From a virus (Duplodnaviria; Caudoviricetes): a DNA stretch of 64,000 nt. The position numbers and the translations under genes are program-made. The stretch is from the IMG/VR virus record IMGVR_UViG_3300031853_000021, positions 14,689 through 78,688 of that record, one strand, 5' to 3'. Shown in pieces: positions 51,563 through 61,603 of this stretch. The notes under the pieces are model-generated. The model ran no database searches, was not told the DNA's origin, and saw only the letters and a list, made by a program, of their open reading frames with translations. Within the stretch, counting starts at the first letter, position 1; every line of letters begins with the position of its first letter.

Positions 51563-54500
51563 TTACCTCTTGCGCTGGATCCTGTTTACGAACTCGTTTT
51601 CTACTCGTGTGTATACTCTTTCGGCTACTACGTCGCCGTCCATGGTGACGTATACATACACGACAGTGCCGCCTGTCAGCGCGTCCAGTTTCTTGTCCAG
51701 CATGTCGCCCAGGCGGTCATAGAACTGTTTCAGCGGCAGGATCGCTTCCGCGCCTGCTTCGCCTCCTGCCAGGATCCTGTTTCCGATCGCTCCGAATGCT
51801 GTCGGCTGCGTCATGATACCGCCGTTTTTATACCAACTGATGGAGAAATGCGGGACCGACGGCGGGTTCAGGCTGAAATGGCCGGACACGTGAGGGTGCG
51901 GCAGCTTCAGGTGCGGCAGGGACCAATGGAAGTTAAACTTCGACCGCATGGCGCTGATCGCATTGGACACTGCATTCTTTGCAGCATTGATCGGCGTCGT
52001 GATGGCTGTCTTGATGGCGTTCCATCCGGATGACGTCTTCGACTTCATGGCGTTCCATGCGGAAGACATTGCCGACTTGATGGCATTCATCACTGACGTC
52101 ACTGTCGATTTAACTGCATTGATTGCCGACCTTACTGCAGACTTAATGGCATTCCACGCGGAAGACGTCGCGCTCTTTGCGCTGTTCCATGTGTTTGATA
52201 TCGTCGTCTTGATGGCGTTGAAGATCGGCGCCACCGCCGTCTTGATGGCGTTCACTGCCGTCGTGACAGCCGACTTGATGGCGTTCCAGATGGTCGACGT
52301 CGCCGTCTTGATGGCGTTCCATGCCGTGGACACCGCCGTCTTGATGGCGTTCACTGCCGTCGTGACAGCCGACTTGATGGCGTTCCAGATGGTCGACGTC
52401 GCCGTCTTGATGGCGTTCCATGCCGTGGACACCACAGACTTGACCGCATTCATCGCCGTCGTGATGGCGGTCTTGATGGCGTTCCACACGGTTTCGATCA
52501 CGGCCTTGATGGCGTTCATGACCGGGGTGATGATGTTGTCTTTCAGGGCGTTGACGGCAGTCTGCACGGTCGTCTTGATCGTCTCCCAGACCGCCGTGAT
52601 CGTGTCCTTGCAGTTCTCCCATATGAAGCGGAAGGGGACCGTGATCAGCTGGAAGGCCGCCCTGATGACTTCCACGATGAACATGATCGCGACCTGAACT
52701 ACGTTTTTGATTGTCTCCCAGACCGTCGACACGGTGCCTTTCACGGCGTTGAAGATCTCGCTGACTGTTGTGCTGACCGCCGTGCAGAAGGTCGTCACGG
52801 TCGTGCTGATCGCCGTCCAGATCTCCGTGAAGAACGTACTGATGCCGTTCCAGATACCTTCGAAGAACGTCTGCGCGGTCGTCCACACTGCTGTCCAGCT
52901 TGTCCCGAACCAGCCCAGGAAGACGTCTGCGACGCCCTGCATGGCCGTCAGGATATTGCTGAATATCCCGCTTATGCCGTTCCAGTAGGCCCCGAATATT
53001 TCCTGCACGCCTGTCCAGGCCTGCGACCAGTTGCCGTTAAACAGGCCGATGAATACATCCAGCAGGCCTGTGATCACGCCGAAAACTGTCTGCAGTACCG
53101 TCGCCACATTTGCAAATGCGCCTTCAATCACCGGCGCCAGCAGGTTACAGAATCCGTTCCATATCGTGCTGATGGCCTGCGTCACGGACTGGAATGTGAT
53201 CCCCATGGCCGCCAGCCTTTCGGATATGCCGGCGACGAACTCCTGGAAGGATGTCTTTATCTGTGTCCAGATCTGGATCACCGCGTTCCGGAAGTCCTCG
53301 TTATTTCTCCACAGTGTGATGATCACGGCCACCAGCCCGGCGATGGCGGCGACCGCTATCCCGACCGGTCCGGTCATGACCGTGAAGGCGGAGCTTAGCG
53401 CCGTCTGTGCGGATGTCAGGATGCCGGAAGCCCCGCCGGCCTTGACGTACCATTCGACCACGTTTCCGATCGCCTTCGATACCTGTCCGCTGAAGCTGAT
53501 TGTCTTTCCCAGGGCGACCAGGAGCGGGCCGGCAGCCGCCACGAACAGGCCGATGCTGATGATGTTCTGCTTCGTCCCTTCGTCCATGTTGTTCAGCTTG
53601 TCGACAAAGTCCTGGATCTTTCCGACGATGTCCCGGATCCGCGGCATCAGCAGTTCGCCGAAGCTGATCGCAAGTTCTTCCAGCTGTGATTTCAGAATGG
53701 TCAGCTGACCCTGCAGGTTGTCCTGCTGGACCTCTGCCATCCTTTCAGCCGCGCCCGACGCGCCGCCGATCTTCGCGCGAAGGTTGTCGAATGCCTCTCC
53801 AGAATCATTGATCAGGTACTGCGCGCCGCGCAGGGATGCCGTGTCGAAGATCTTGCCCATGACGGAGTTGTAATCTTCTTCAGACAGGTCGCCCAGTTTT
53901 CCGTGCAGATCCTGCAGGACGTCCTGGAGCGGCCTTGCCTTGCCCTGCGAATCGTAGGCGGATACGCCCAGCTGATCCAGCGCTGTCTTTGCTGCCGATG
54001 TCGGCTGATACAGATTTTTCAGGACGCGCTGCAGCATGTTGCCGCCCTCTGCCGCGGCGACGTTATGATTTCCCAGGATCCCCAGGGCCGTTGCTGTATC
54101 TTCGAACGACTGCCCTGTTATGGATGCCTGGCCGGCAGCCTGCGCAAGACCTGCGCCGAACTGGTCGACGGAACCCTTGGCGTTTGAAGCTGTGACGGCC
54201 AGAACGTCTGCCACCCTCGAAGCGTCCTGCGTCTTCATGCCGAAGCCGGACATGATGCCCGTCGCATAGTCTGCAGCCTGCGCGATCCCCATGTTTCCCG
54301 CGGCGGCCAGGTTCAGCGTCGCAGGAAGCGCGGAATAAATGTCTTCCGTGTCCATGCCGGCCATGGCCAGGATGTTGATCGCGTCCGCCGCCTCGCTGGC
54401 GGAATACTTCGTGTCCTTTCCCATGGTTCGCGCCAGCTTCGACAGCGCGTCCATGGTGTTGACCGTCTCGCCGTTCAGCTTAGAGGTCGATTCTGATGTC

Positions 54501-55198
54501 AGGCCCATAGTCGCCTGGACCTGCGACATGGATGTGTCGAAGTTGGCCGCTGTCTTCACGGCGGCCGCGCCCAGCCCGACCGTCGCCATGGATGCTGGCA
54601 TGATCGCTTCGCCGACCTTTGTGATCGTCCCGCCGATCTTGCCCGCCTTCTCTGCGTAGGCATCGAATGGCGCGCGGGCCATCTCTGCGTTCATGTTGCG
54701 GAGCTGGACTTCCAGTTCCGCCAGCTTCGCCTTTGAGTTTGTGACGGCGGCTTCCTGTTTCGTGATCGCTGTCTCGGTCTTCTGGATGCTGCGTTCGGTG
54801 TTTCCCAGCTCCGACTTCAGCTTTTCATATTCCGCTTTCAGCTTCTTGGTCTGTTCAGAATCTTCGCCGGTTGCCTTCGCGCTTTCTTCATATGCCTTTT
54901 TGGCTGCTTCGACCTTGGTCTTCAGCTGGTCATGTGTCGTCTTCTGCTGTTCCAGGGCCTGCTTCAGCTTCTGGTGCTGCGTTTCATTCTTCTGGACGAT
55001 GTCCTTCTGCAGGGATACCTTTCCCGTCAGCTCTGTGACCTTCGCCCGCAGAATGTCGTGCGCGGACCCGTTCAGCTTCGCCTGCGCAGCCGCAAGGCTG
55101 TATTCAGACGACAGCTGCTTCATTTCTGCGGAACACTGGCGCATAGCCGCCTGAAACTGCTGTGTTTCGGCCTGTATATTAATCTTTACATCTGCCAT
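51563..55198 (-). CDS. Tape measure protein, 1211 aa
   Basis: Homologue of 12915-16451 plus 33 aa. Confidence 0.92.
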   Translation of the reverse strand: MADVKINIQAETQQFQAAMRQCSAEMKQLSSEYSLAAAQAKLNGSAHDILRAKVTELTGKVSLQKDIVQKNETQHQKLKQALEQQKTTHDQLKTKVEAAKKAYEESAKATGEDSEQTKKLKAEYEKLKSELGNTERSIQKTETAITKQEAAVTNSKAKLAELEVQLRNMNAEMARAPFDAYAEKAGKIGGTITKVGEAIMPASMATVGLGAAAVKTAANFDTSMSQVQATMGLTSESTSKLNGETVNTMDALSKLARTMGKDTKYSASEAADAINILAMAGMDTEDIYSALPATLNLAAAGNMGIAQAADYATGIMSGFGMKTQDASRVADVLAVTASNAKGSVDQFGAGLAQAAGQASITGQSFEDTATALGILGNHNVAAAEGGNMLQRVLKNLYQPTSAAKTALDQLGVSAYDSQGKARPLQDVLQDLHGKLGDLSEEDYNSVMGKIFDTASLRGAQYLINDSGEAFDNLRAKIGGASGAAERMAEVQQDNLQGQLTILKSQLEELAISFGELLMPRIRDIVGKIQDFVDKLNNMDEGTKQNIISIGLFVAAAGPLLVALGKTISFSGQVSKAIGNVVEWYVKAGGASGILTSAQTALSSAFTVMTGPVGIAVAAIAGLVAVIITLWRNNEDFRNAVIQIWTQIKTSFQEFVAGISERLAAMGITFQSVTQAISTIWNGFCNLLAPVIEGAFANVATVLQTVFGVITGLLDVFIGLFNGNWSQAWTGVQEIFGAYWNGISGIFSNILTAMQGVADVFLGWFGTSWTAVWTTAQTFFEGIWNGISTFFTEIWTAISTTVTTFCTAVSTTVSEIFNAVKGTVSTVWETIKNVVQVAIMFIVEVIRAAFQLITVPFRFIWENCKDTITAVWETIKTTVQTAVNALKDNIITPVMNAIKAVIETVWNAIKTAITTAMNAVKSVVSTAWNAIKTATSTIWNAIKSAVTTAVNAIKTAVSTAWNAIKTATSTIWNAIKSAVTTAVNAIKTAVAPIFNAIKTTISNTWNSAKSATSSAWNAIKSAVRSAINAVKSTVTSVMNAIKSAMSSAWNAMKSKTSSGWNAIKTAITTPINAAKNAVSNAISAMRSKFNFHWSLPHLKLPHPHVSGHFSLNPPSVPHFSISWYKNGGIMTQPTAFGAIGNRILAGGEAGAEAILPLKQFYDRLGDMLDKKLDALTGGTVVYVYVTMDGDVVAERVYTRVENEFVNRIQRKR
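52232..52433. repeat. Perfect 99-bp tandem duplication in TMP
   Basis: 52232-52330 = 52331-52429, plus 4 nt. Confidence 0.9.
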
Positions 55199-55216
55199 GC
55201 TGTTCCGCTCCTTCCC

Positions 55217-55726
55217 TTAGTTTTCCTTCAGTGTCTTGATCTCAAAAGCCACATAATCAAGCAGGCTCATAATGTCGGATTCCATGCACTCCTGATATGA
55301 TGATTTCATCAGCCTGATGCACAGCTTGACGACCCTGTCGACGTTCTCCCGGCACACCCGCCAGAAGTTCCTTTCTTCCTGATCGTCGTCGTTGTATCCG
55401 TTCTCTTCGTCGTATTCGTCGAAGGCTGACTTCTCCTTCTCTACCAGCTCCGGGCGCTCCGGGTTCAGGTCCAGAAACTTCTGCGTGATCACGTCCTGCA
55501 TCAGGAAATGGATCTCTTTCGCGGCTGTCAGGACATCTTCCGCGTCCATCTCCCGGATCCGGCCCATCGGCATGTCGAAGACCTGCGACAGGATCCGCAT
55601 GTTTGCGTCGACGGCGTCCTCGATCGTCCCGTCTTCGTTGCGCTCCATGATCTCCGTATATTTCCGGTACATCTTTACAGACACTGCCGTGCAGGTCTGT
55701 CCGCACGGCAGTTCTAATTCCGGCAT
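55217..55726 (-). CDS. Tail assembly chaperone gpT-like segment
   Basis: Homologue of 16470-16994. Confidence 0.65.
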   Translation of the reverse strand: MPELELPCGQTCTAVSVKMYRKYTEIMERNEDGTIEDAVDANMRILSQVFDMPMGRIREMDAEDVLTAAKEIHFLMQDVITQKFLDLNPERPELVEKEKSAFDEYDEENGYNDDDQEERNFWRVCRENVDRVVKLCIRLMKSSYQECMESDIMSLLDYVAFEIKTLKEN

Positions 55727-56067
55727 TATTCGCCATCTGTAAAATTTTCTTTGAACTTCTCCACTTTCACGTCAACCTTCTGCGCGACGCTGACGTCCAT
55801 CATGGCGAATTCCATGATGATGTCTTCCGGCTGCATGCCGCTGATCAGGTCTTCTCTGGTGAACTGCGTCCCGTACAGCTCCACGATCACGTCCATCATC
55901 TCGATGAACTGGTCGTATGTGTAAAGCCTGCGGCTTTCCTCTGTCTGCATGATCTCGTCGCGCAGTTTGATGTAATGCATATATGCCAGGGTCGTCATTT
56001 TCTGCGGCATGGTGTATTCCGTGCCGTTGATGATGATTGTCCTTTTCTTGGGTGTGTTAGCTGCCAT
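55726..56067 (-). CDS. Tail assembly chaperone gpG-like
   Basis: Homologue of 16991-17335. Confidence 0.7.
   Translation of the reverse strand: MAANTPKKRTIIINGTEYTMPQKMTTLAYMHYIKLRDEIMQTEESRRLYTYDQFIEMMDVIVELYGTQFTREDLISGMQPEDIIMEFAMMDVSVAQKVDVKVEKFKENFTDGE
55741..55747 (-). other. -1 frameshift heptamer A-AAT-TTT
   Basis: Conserved with 17006-17012; -1 frame open. Confidence 0.75.
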
Positions 56068-56106
56068 TTTCGTCCCTCCTGTTACCTGTCTTTACTCCCG
56101 GCGTCG

Positions 56107-56721
56107 TCAGCCCGCTGTCTCCGCGGGCGGCTCCTGTACGCTGGCAAACCAGTTCCTGATCGCTGCGGCCGCAGCTGTGTCAGCTACCACAAGGTTCGAT
56201 TCGTCGACCTCCACCTTGTAGTTGCCGTCGGACTGGCGCTCGTAGAAGTTGCCCTTCAGGGTTGCGGTCTGTGTATTTGTTTTTGCGCCCTCGGTTTCAT
56301 AGTTGTCTTCAAACCCCTGGTCGAAGTGGCCGGCATACAACCAACAGAACTCATACTTGCCGTTCAGCTTTTTGGCGCGCCATCCCAGGGCGACTTCGGG
56401 CGCGATGTCGCCCTTGTTCTTTACCAGATAGCCGTTTTTGTACAGATGCCCGAAGATGCGGTTCTTGTCCTGCGGGGCCAGGCTGTTGACCTCCAGTTCT
56501 ACTTCCGTGCCGGTGTATTGCATATTGGTGTCTTCGACGCTGTCGTCCGAATAAATCTTTTCGGATTCGAACTTGTCGGAAATCTTTCCGGTGATCGCGC
56601 GCGCCAGCTTGGTCGGGGTGTCTGTCGCGTACTCGGTCTCTGTGTTCTTGGTCACTTTCGCGACATGGATGTCACGGAAGGACTTTGTTCTGCTTCTGAC
56701 GATGGTCTGTGTGTCTGCCAT
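56107..56721 (-). CDS. Major tail protein
   Basis: Homologue of 17364-17975. Confidence 0.85.
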   Translation of the reverse strand: MADTQTIVRSRTKSFRDIHVAKVTKNTETEYATDTPTKLARAITGKISDKFESEKIYSDDSVEDTNMQYTGTEVELEVNSLAPQDKNRIFGHLYKNGYLVKNKGDIAPEVALGWRAKKLNGKYEFCWLYAGHFDQGFEDNYETEGAKTNTQTATLKGNFYERQSDGNYKVEVDESNLVVADTAAAAAIRNWFASVQEPPAETAG

Positions 56722-56725
56722 TCTT

Positions 56726-57085
56726 TCATTCCTCCGTTTCTTCTTCGGCTTCCTCCTGGTAGAAGAAGCGCATCGCATTCATGAAGACGCCCGTGTCCGG
56801 TTCTGCCGTGTCGTTGCCTTCTGTGTACAAAAAGCCGGCCGCCTTCATCAGTTTCTTCACCCGCTTCACAAGATCCTGCTGGTCGGCTGTCGACCAGATG
56901 TTGACCTGTATGGTCGCGGCTTCTACGTCGCAGTCATCGTCAGAATGCGCGGCGGCGTAGTCTCTCAGCTTCCACAGGGTGATGTGCAGCTGTTTCAGGG
57001 CGGCGTCATACCATCCCTGCTGTACGATGATCCCTTCGTCCTCGATCGGCTTCAGGGCGGCCGCTGCCGCTTTGATCACGTCCAT
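56726..57085 (-). CDS. Tail terminator/completion protein
   Basis: Homologue of 17980-18339. Confidence 0.7.
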   Translation of the reverse strand: MDVIKAAAAALKPIEDEGIIVQQGWYDAALKQLHITLWKLRDYAAAHSDDDCDVEAATIQVNIWSTADQQDLVKRVKKLMKAAGFLYTEGNDTAEPDTGVFMNAMRFFYQEEAEEETEE

Positions 57086-57089
57086 GGTC

Positions 57090-57521
57090 TTACCCTCCCA
57101 GTTTCTCATTCAGTGCCCGCTGGAACTCTTCGTCCGCGATCCTGATGTAATCCGGTTCGGATTCCTGCATGGTGTTTTCCAGGAAGTCGCGGGCGGGCAT
57201 CTTGGATGTGCCCCACTCCACAAACTTCATGTAAAACCAGTTTTCGGCGTCGCCGTTCAGCTTCCAGCCGACTTCGCCCTTCCTGGACGTCGCCTTCTTC
57301 GGGATGTTGTCGGCGGCATGCCCCGGCGGCCTGTAGCCGTTCCGGCCTGATTTCGAATTGTCCGCTGACCGCGGCATGTGCGACTTCATCCTCGGTTCCG
57401 TAACGTCTGCGCTTCGCTGATAGATCCGTTTGTTCAGCGCATTCATTTCCGCGTCCGACGACAGTGCTTCCACCTGCAGCCGCACGCGGTCAAATTCCTG
57501 CATTTCGAATTTGATCTTCAC
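57090..57521 (-). CDS. HK97 gp10-like neck protein
   Basis: Homologue of 18344-18775. Confidence 0.8.
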   Translation of the reverse strand: MKIKFEMQEFDRVRLQVEALSSDAEMNALNKRIYQRSADVTEPRMKSHMPRSADNSKSGRNGYRPPGHAADNIPKKATSRKGEVGWKLNGDAENWFYMKFVEWGTSKMPARDFLENTMQESEPDYIRIADEEFQRALNEKLGG

Positions 57522-57525
57522 CGCG

Positions 57526-57852
57526 TCAGTCCCTTCTGTTCGCTTTCAGCTGGATGAACTGCATCTCGTTTCTGTAGAAGTCTGTCGCGTACACGTCATA
57601 GATTTCGCCCTCATAGACGATATAAAAATCCTTCAGGTGCTGGCGCAGCTCCTTGATCGCTTTGCAGTATCTGACTTCAAAGACGGCTGTATTTTCCAGG
57701 CGCACGTCCAGGGCGCCATACAGTTCCCTGCCATACAGGCTGCTGATCTTCGCCCACGTCCTGTGATGCAGTTCCGGTTCACCGTCCTTTCTGCGGCCGG
57801 CTACGATGCTGTAATGCTTTTTATAGATCTCGATCCGTGCAAACGACGCCAT
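57526..57852 (-). CDS. Head closure protein
   Basis: Homologue of 18782-19105. Confidence 0.7.
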   Translation of the reverse strand: MASFARIEIYKKHYSIVAGRRKDGEPELHHRTWAKISSLYGRELYGALDVRLENTAVFEVRYCKAIKELRQHLKDFYIVYEGEIYDVYATDFYRNEMQFIQLKANRRD

Positions 57853-57856
57853 CCCA

Positions 57857-58126
57857 TCACCTCAACATTTCCTTCAGCAGCAGGGACCGGACGGCATAGC
57901 GGATTTTGTCCGGCTGTGCCGTCGTGTTCCCTCTGCCGTCATACATTTCTTTGATGTATGCGAAGATCAGGATCTTCTGGCGGCTCGTGATGTGCTCCGG
58001 GTCGAATGTCGGGATCAGCTCCTGCATTTCGTCCAGCGTTGCCTTCATCATCAGTTCGATCAGTTCATCGTCGTCTGTGTAATCGACGCGGATGTACTGC
58101 TTCACTTCTTTCAGTGTCAGGTCCAT
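57857..58126 (-). CDS. Head-tail connector (gp6-like)
   Basis: Homologue of 19110-19373. Confidence 0.85.
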   Translation of the reverse strand: MDLTLKEVKQYIRVDYTDDDELIELMMKATLDEMQELIPTFDPEHITSRQKILIFAYIKEMYDGRGNTTAQPDKIRYAVRSLLLKEMLR

Positions 58127-58170
58127 CTTGAACCGCCCCTTTCTTTCTGATCAGTTTCCGGATCTGTGGA

Positions 58171-59388
58171 TCAGCCGCCGATGTTCTCGGTGATCTCGCC
58201 CTTGATCACGGCCTTGTCATCGACCGACTGAACATCGAAGCGGTCGCGGACCTTGATTCCGGTCAGGTCTTTCGCCCACAGGTCGCCCGCTTCCGTGGAC
58301 AGCTCCACGGTGATCTTCTCGCGGTCGAACAGGGTGATCGCTTCCTTCAGGTCGCCCATGAACAGCGGATACTTTGAAGTGGATCCGGACTTGACGGATG
58401 CCAGTGTCTTGTTGCTGACAACATGGACGGGATAGACGCCGAACAGAAGGCGCTTTGTCTTGTCAGTGACATCGGGCTGGATGATGTAATCCTTCTTTTC
58501 ATCCTTGAGCTTGTCCAGGTAGTTGAAGCCGTCCTGGTTGGTCAGGATGATGGAAGTCGGTGCGATCGCCGCGTCAAGCTGCACATTGAAGACGTCCTTC
58601 AGGTCGTCCACATCGCTGATCGCTACGGCCTTTCCTGCGGTGATCTCGTTCAGCTTGTTCAGGATTGCGGCATTCCTGGTCGCCCTGGACTTGCGGGCGA
58701 TCCACTTGTTCAGGTATGCCAGGATGTTCGCCGCGGTGTCCTGAAGCAGTTCGCGGGTGGTCTTCAGGATGCCGCCCTTCTTTGCGACCTTATACTTGAT
58801 CTGTTTGAACTTCGGTGTCTCCTGTTCGGTGAACGCTTCACCTTCGTCCACGTCGGGCCAGGGTGTGCTGTCGGCGTCGATCTCGATCACGCGGGAACCG
58901 GACAGCGTGGTGACGTTCTCGACGTTGACGTACATCTCCAGATCGTTTTCTGCGCGGCGCAGTTCCCGGATGTCTGTCTGGATGTCCTGCGGTACGGTGA
59001 AGCCGCCGTCGGATTCGCCGTCCTCGTTGGGATCCGCTTCGGTCATCATGTCCATGATGGCCTGGTCCTCTTCGGGCAGTTCACGGCGGCGAAGGCCGCA
59101 CACGATGCGGTTGACGAACGCGCGGGCGATTGCCTGCTTTGTGGGCTTTTTGTCTGCGCCGGTCTTCGCGCTGTCTACAGGCTTCGCGCTTCCGGCTGTC
59201 ACTTCGTCCTTGATGCCGGCGGCGTCTTCGTCCTCCATCTCCATCAGGATGTCGAATTCGGACTGCATTTCACGCAGCTGGTCCATCTTGTCTTTCATCT
59301 CCTGCGTCTTGCCCTGCCCCTGCAGACCACGGATCGCGTTCTTCATGTCGTTGATCCTTTTCAGCAGTGCTCTTGCCTCTTTGCTCAT
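58171..59388 (-). CDS. Major capsid protein (HK97 fold)
   Basis: Homologue of 19415-20632. Confidence 0.9.
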   Translation of the reverse strand: MSKEARALLKRINDMKNAIRGLQGQGKTQEMKDKMDQLREMQSEFDILMEMEDEDAAGIKDEVTAGSAKPVDSAKTGADKKPTKQAIARAFVNRIVCGLRRRELPEEDQAIMDMMTEADPNEDGESDGGFTVPQDIQTDIRELRRAENDLEMYVNVENVTTLSGSRVIEIDADSTPWPDVDEGEAFTEQETPKFKQIKYKVAKKGGILKTTRELLQDTAANILAYLNKWIARKSRATRNAAILNKLNEITAGKAVAISDVDDLKDVFNVQLDAAIAPTSIILTNQDGFNYLDKLKDEKKDYIIQPDVTDKTKRLLFGVYPVHVVSNKTLASVKSGSTSKYPLFMGDLKEAITLFDREKITVELSTEAGDLWAKDLTGIKVRDRFDVQSVDDKAVIKGEITENIGG

Positions 59389-59415
59389 TGTTTAAGATCC
59401 TCCTTTTTTGGTTTT

Positions 59416-60171
59416 TTAGATTCCCATCAGTTCCATTTCTGCGATCAGGTCGGCTTCCTCCTGTGCTTCCCTGGCCTCGACATCTTCCGGGCGCTCTGTA
59501 CGGATGCTCTTCGGCGCGTTCTTCCAGCTGTTCATCATCCAGCTGACGCACGCGGCCATGGCCGGCCGGTCGTCGATCTCGATGTCGAAGACCTCCTGCG
59601 CCTCCTCTGCAGACATCCATGTCTCTGCATTGATCTTTTCGGCGATGTCAGATTCTGACACGCCTTCCTTGACGCGCTGCATGTAGATGTCTGTGATGCT
59701 CTGCTGACACTTGTCCAGTTCAGTGATCAGCGCTGTCAGGTCGTCCGCGTTTCCGTAGGCGAATACTGACGGCTTGTGGATCATGATCTGCGCGCCCGTA
59801 GACATCACGATCTCGTCGCAGGCCATCAGGATTACCGACGCGATGGATGCCGCCAGCCCGTCGACGACGCCCTTGATGTGCCCCGTATGGCGGGACAGGA
59901 TGCTGTGGATCGCGATCCCGGCGAACACGTCGCCGCCGCCTGAATTGATGTAGACGGTCAGGTCCGCGTTCTGATCGATCTGGTTCATGAAGTCCGCGAT
60001 GTCCTGCGGGCAGACGTCCTCGACGCTCCATGCGTCCCATGAGGACGACACGATATCGCCGTAGATGTACAGCTCCGGGCCGGATGCTGCGTTCTTGATC
60101 TCCATGTAACCCGCGTTCTCGACCTTCTTAGTCTTCGGATTCTTCCGCGTGAACCGGTACTTGTTCACCAT
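59416..60171 (-). CDS. ClpP-like prohead protease
   Basis: Homologue of 20654-21409; start at MVNKYRF. Confidence 0.9.
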   Translation of the reverse strand: MVNKYRFTRKNPKTKKVENAGYMEIKNAASGPELYIYGDIVSSSWDAWSVEDVCPQDIADFMNQIDQNADLTVYINSGGGDVFAGIAIHSILSRHTGHIKGVVDGLAASIASVILMACDEIVMSTGAQIMIHKPSVFAYGNADDLTALITELDKCQQSITDIYMQRVKEGVSESDIAEKINAETWMSAEEAQEVFDIEIDDRPAMAACVSWMMNSWKNAPKSIRTERPEDVEAREAQEEADLIAEMELMGI

Positions 60172-61597
60172 CGTCGTTCCCTCCTTCCTGCGCTTCTTCC
60201 GGATCCGTTTCGGCTGTATCCTCCGGATCGGTTCCGGCCGGCGTGCCCGGTGCTGGCGCGTGCACGTCTTCCGGCCCTGCATTGTCCGCAGAGCGCGTTC
60301 TCTGCGGCTGTGCTGCCTGCTGCGGCTGATTCTGCGCGTACTGTATGCCGACGTCTTTCAGCGGCAGGAAGCTTCCGTTTACGATCAGCTGGTCGCCGCC
60401 CTCTGAATCTTTGAGGTCAAGTTTCCGCCTGCACTCGTTCGGCTTTTCGATGCCGTTCTGGATCGCCTGCGCCATGATCTCCATCTGCGTCTTCGAATCT
60501 GTCCGCAGAATCGCCTTTTCGTTCAGCTTGTAATACTTGCCTTCGTCATAGCGTTCCGTGTCCGTCAGCAGTTTCCAGTTGACCTCTTCTTCGTACTGCT
60601 TCAGGACGAACAGCATCGTGTCCACGTAGAAGGACAGCTGCTGCATTTCGCTGTTTGCATAGCTGCTCTTTTCGTAGTCGTTGATCTGGTTCGGCTTAAT
60701 GCCGAACGCGGCCGCGATCTGCAGTGCTGAATATTTTTTCAGCTCGATGAACTGGCTGTCCGACAGTTTGATATCCAGCGGTGTCAGCTTCATCCCCTGC
60801 GGGATCGGCAGGATCCGGCCGGTGTTCTTCGTGCCGGCTCCGTATGTCTCGAAGGCCTGGATCAGTTTCCGCTTTGCGTCCTCGTTCAGGTCGCCGGTGT
60901 ACTCCAGTGTCGCCTTCGCGGTCAGGCCGTTGGCATACAGGTTGTTCAGGAAGTCCTGCGATGCCGCGGCCCCGTCGACCGTCTGGCGAAGGATCTCCTG
61001 CACGGGCAGGCCTGTGATCCCGTCAAGGCTGTGCGACGTCTTGAAATGCAGGACTTCATCAGTCCCGAATACATACTGCTGGCCGCTGTATTTGTCGCTG
61101 TACACGTACCAGATCTTCCCGGCCCCGCCGAAGTATCCGGCGTCGTCGACGACGATCTGCACGCAGTTCGACGGCATGACCCACAGATCCAGCACTTTGT
61201 ATTCGCCGCCGTAGCGCTTCCTGCTGAACTTAGATCTGACGTACACGTAGGCGTTCCCGAAGTGGTTCCTGTTCATCTCGACCGCATTCCAGAAGGCTGT
61301 CGGCGTCATGAATGGGTTGGGCCTGTACTTCAGGAGCCTGCCGACATCGTTCAGCGGCGGTTCGTCGATCCCGTCCGGCGTGCGCTGGTAGTATTTCCAC
61401 GGCAGCTTCGCCACCGTCTCGGACATCATCTTCAGGCAGGTGAAGTAAGTAACTTCTGACAGTACGCCGTTTTTGTTTTTTCTCTTGATCCCCAGCCACT
61501 CCAGAAAGGATTCCTCCTTCATGTCCGGCGATTCTTCAATCGTCTGGTTCAGGAATGTCTTCCGGAACCAGTTCGTGACCCTCTGCCACCATTTCAA
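60128..61597 (-). CDS. Portal protein (HK97 family)
   Basis: Homologue of 21366-22838. Confidence 0.92.
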   Translation of the reverse strand: MKWWQRVTNWFRKTFLNQTIEESPDMKEESFLEWLGIKRKNKNGVLSEVTYFTCLKMMSETVAKLPWKYYQRTPDGIDEPPLNDVGRLLKYRPNPFMTPTAFWNAVEMNRNHFGNAYVYVRSKFSRKRYGGEYKVLDLWVMPSNCVQIVVDDAGYFGGAGKIWYVYSDKYSGQQYVFGTDEVLHFKTSHSLDGITGLPVQEILRQTVDGAAASQDFLNNLYANGLTAKATLEYTGDLNEDAKRKLIQAFETYGAGTKNTGRILPIPQGMKLTPLDIKLSDSQFIELKKYSALQIAAAFGIKPNQINDYEKSSYANSEMQQLSFYVDTMLFVLKQYEEEVNWKLLTDTERYDEGKYYKLNEKAILRTDSKTQMEIMAQAIQNGIEKPNECRRKLDLKDSEGGDQLIVNGSFLPLKDVGIQYAQNQPQQAAQPQRTRSADNAGPEDVHAPAPGTPAGTDPEDTAETDPEEAQEGGNDDGEQVPVHAEESED

Positions 61598-61603
61598 CTT
61601 TCA

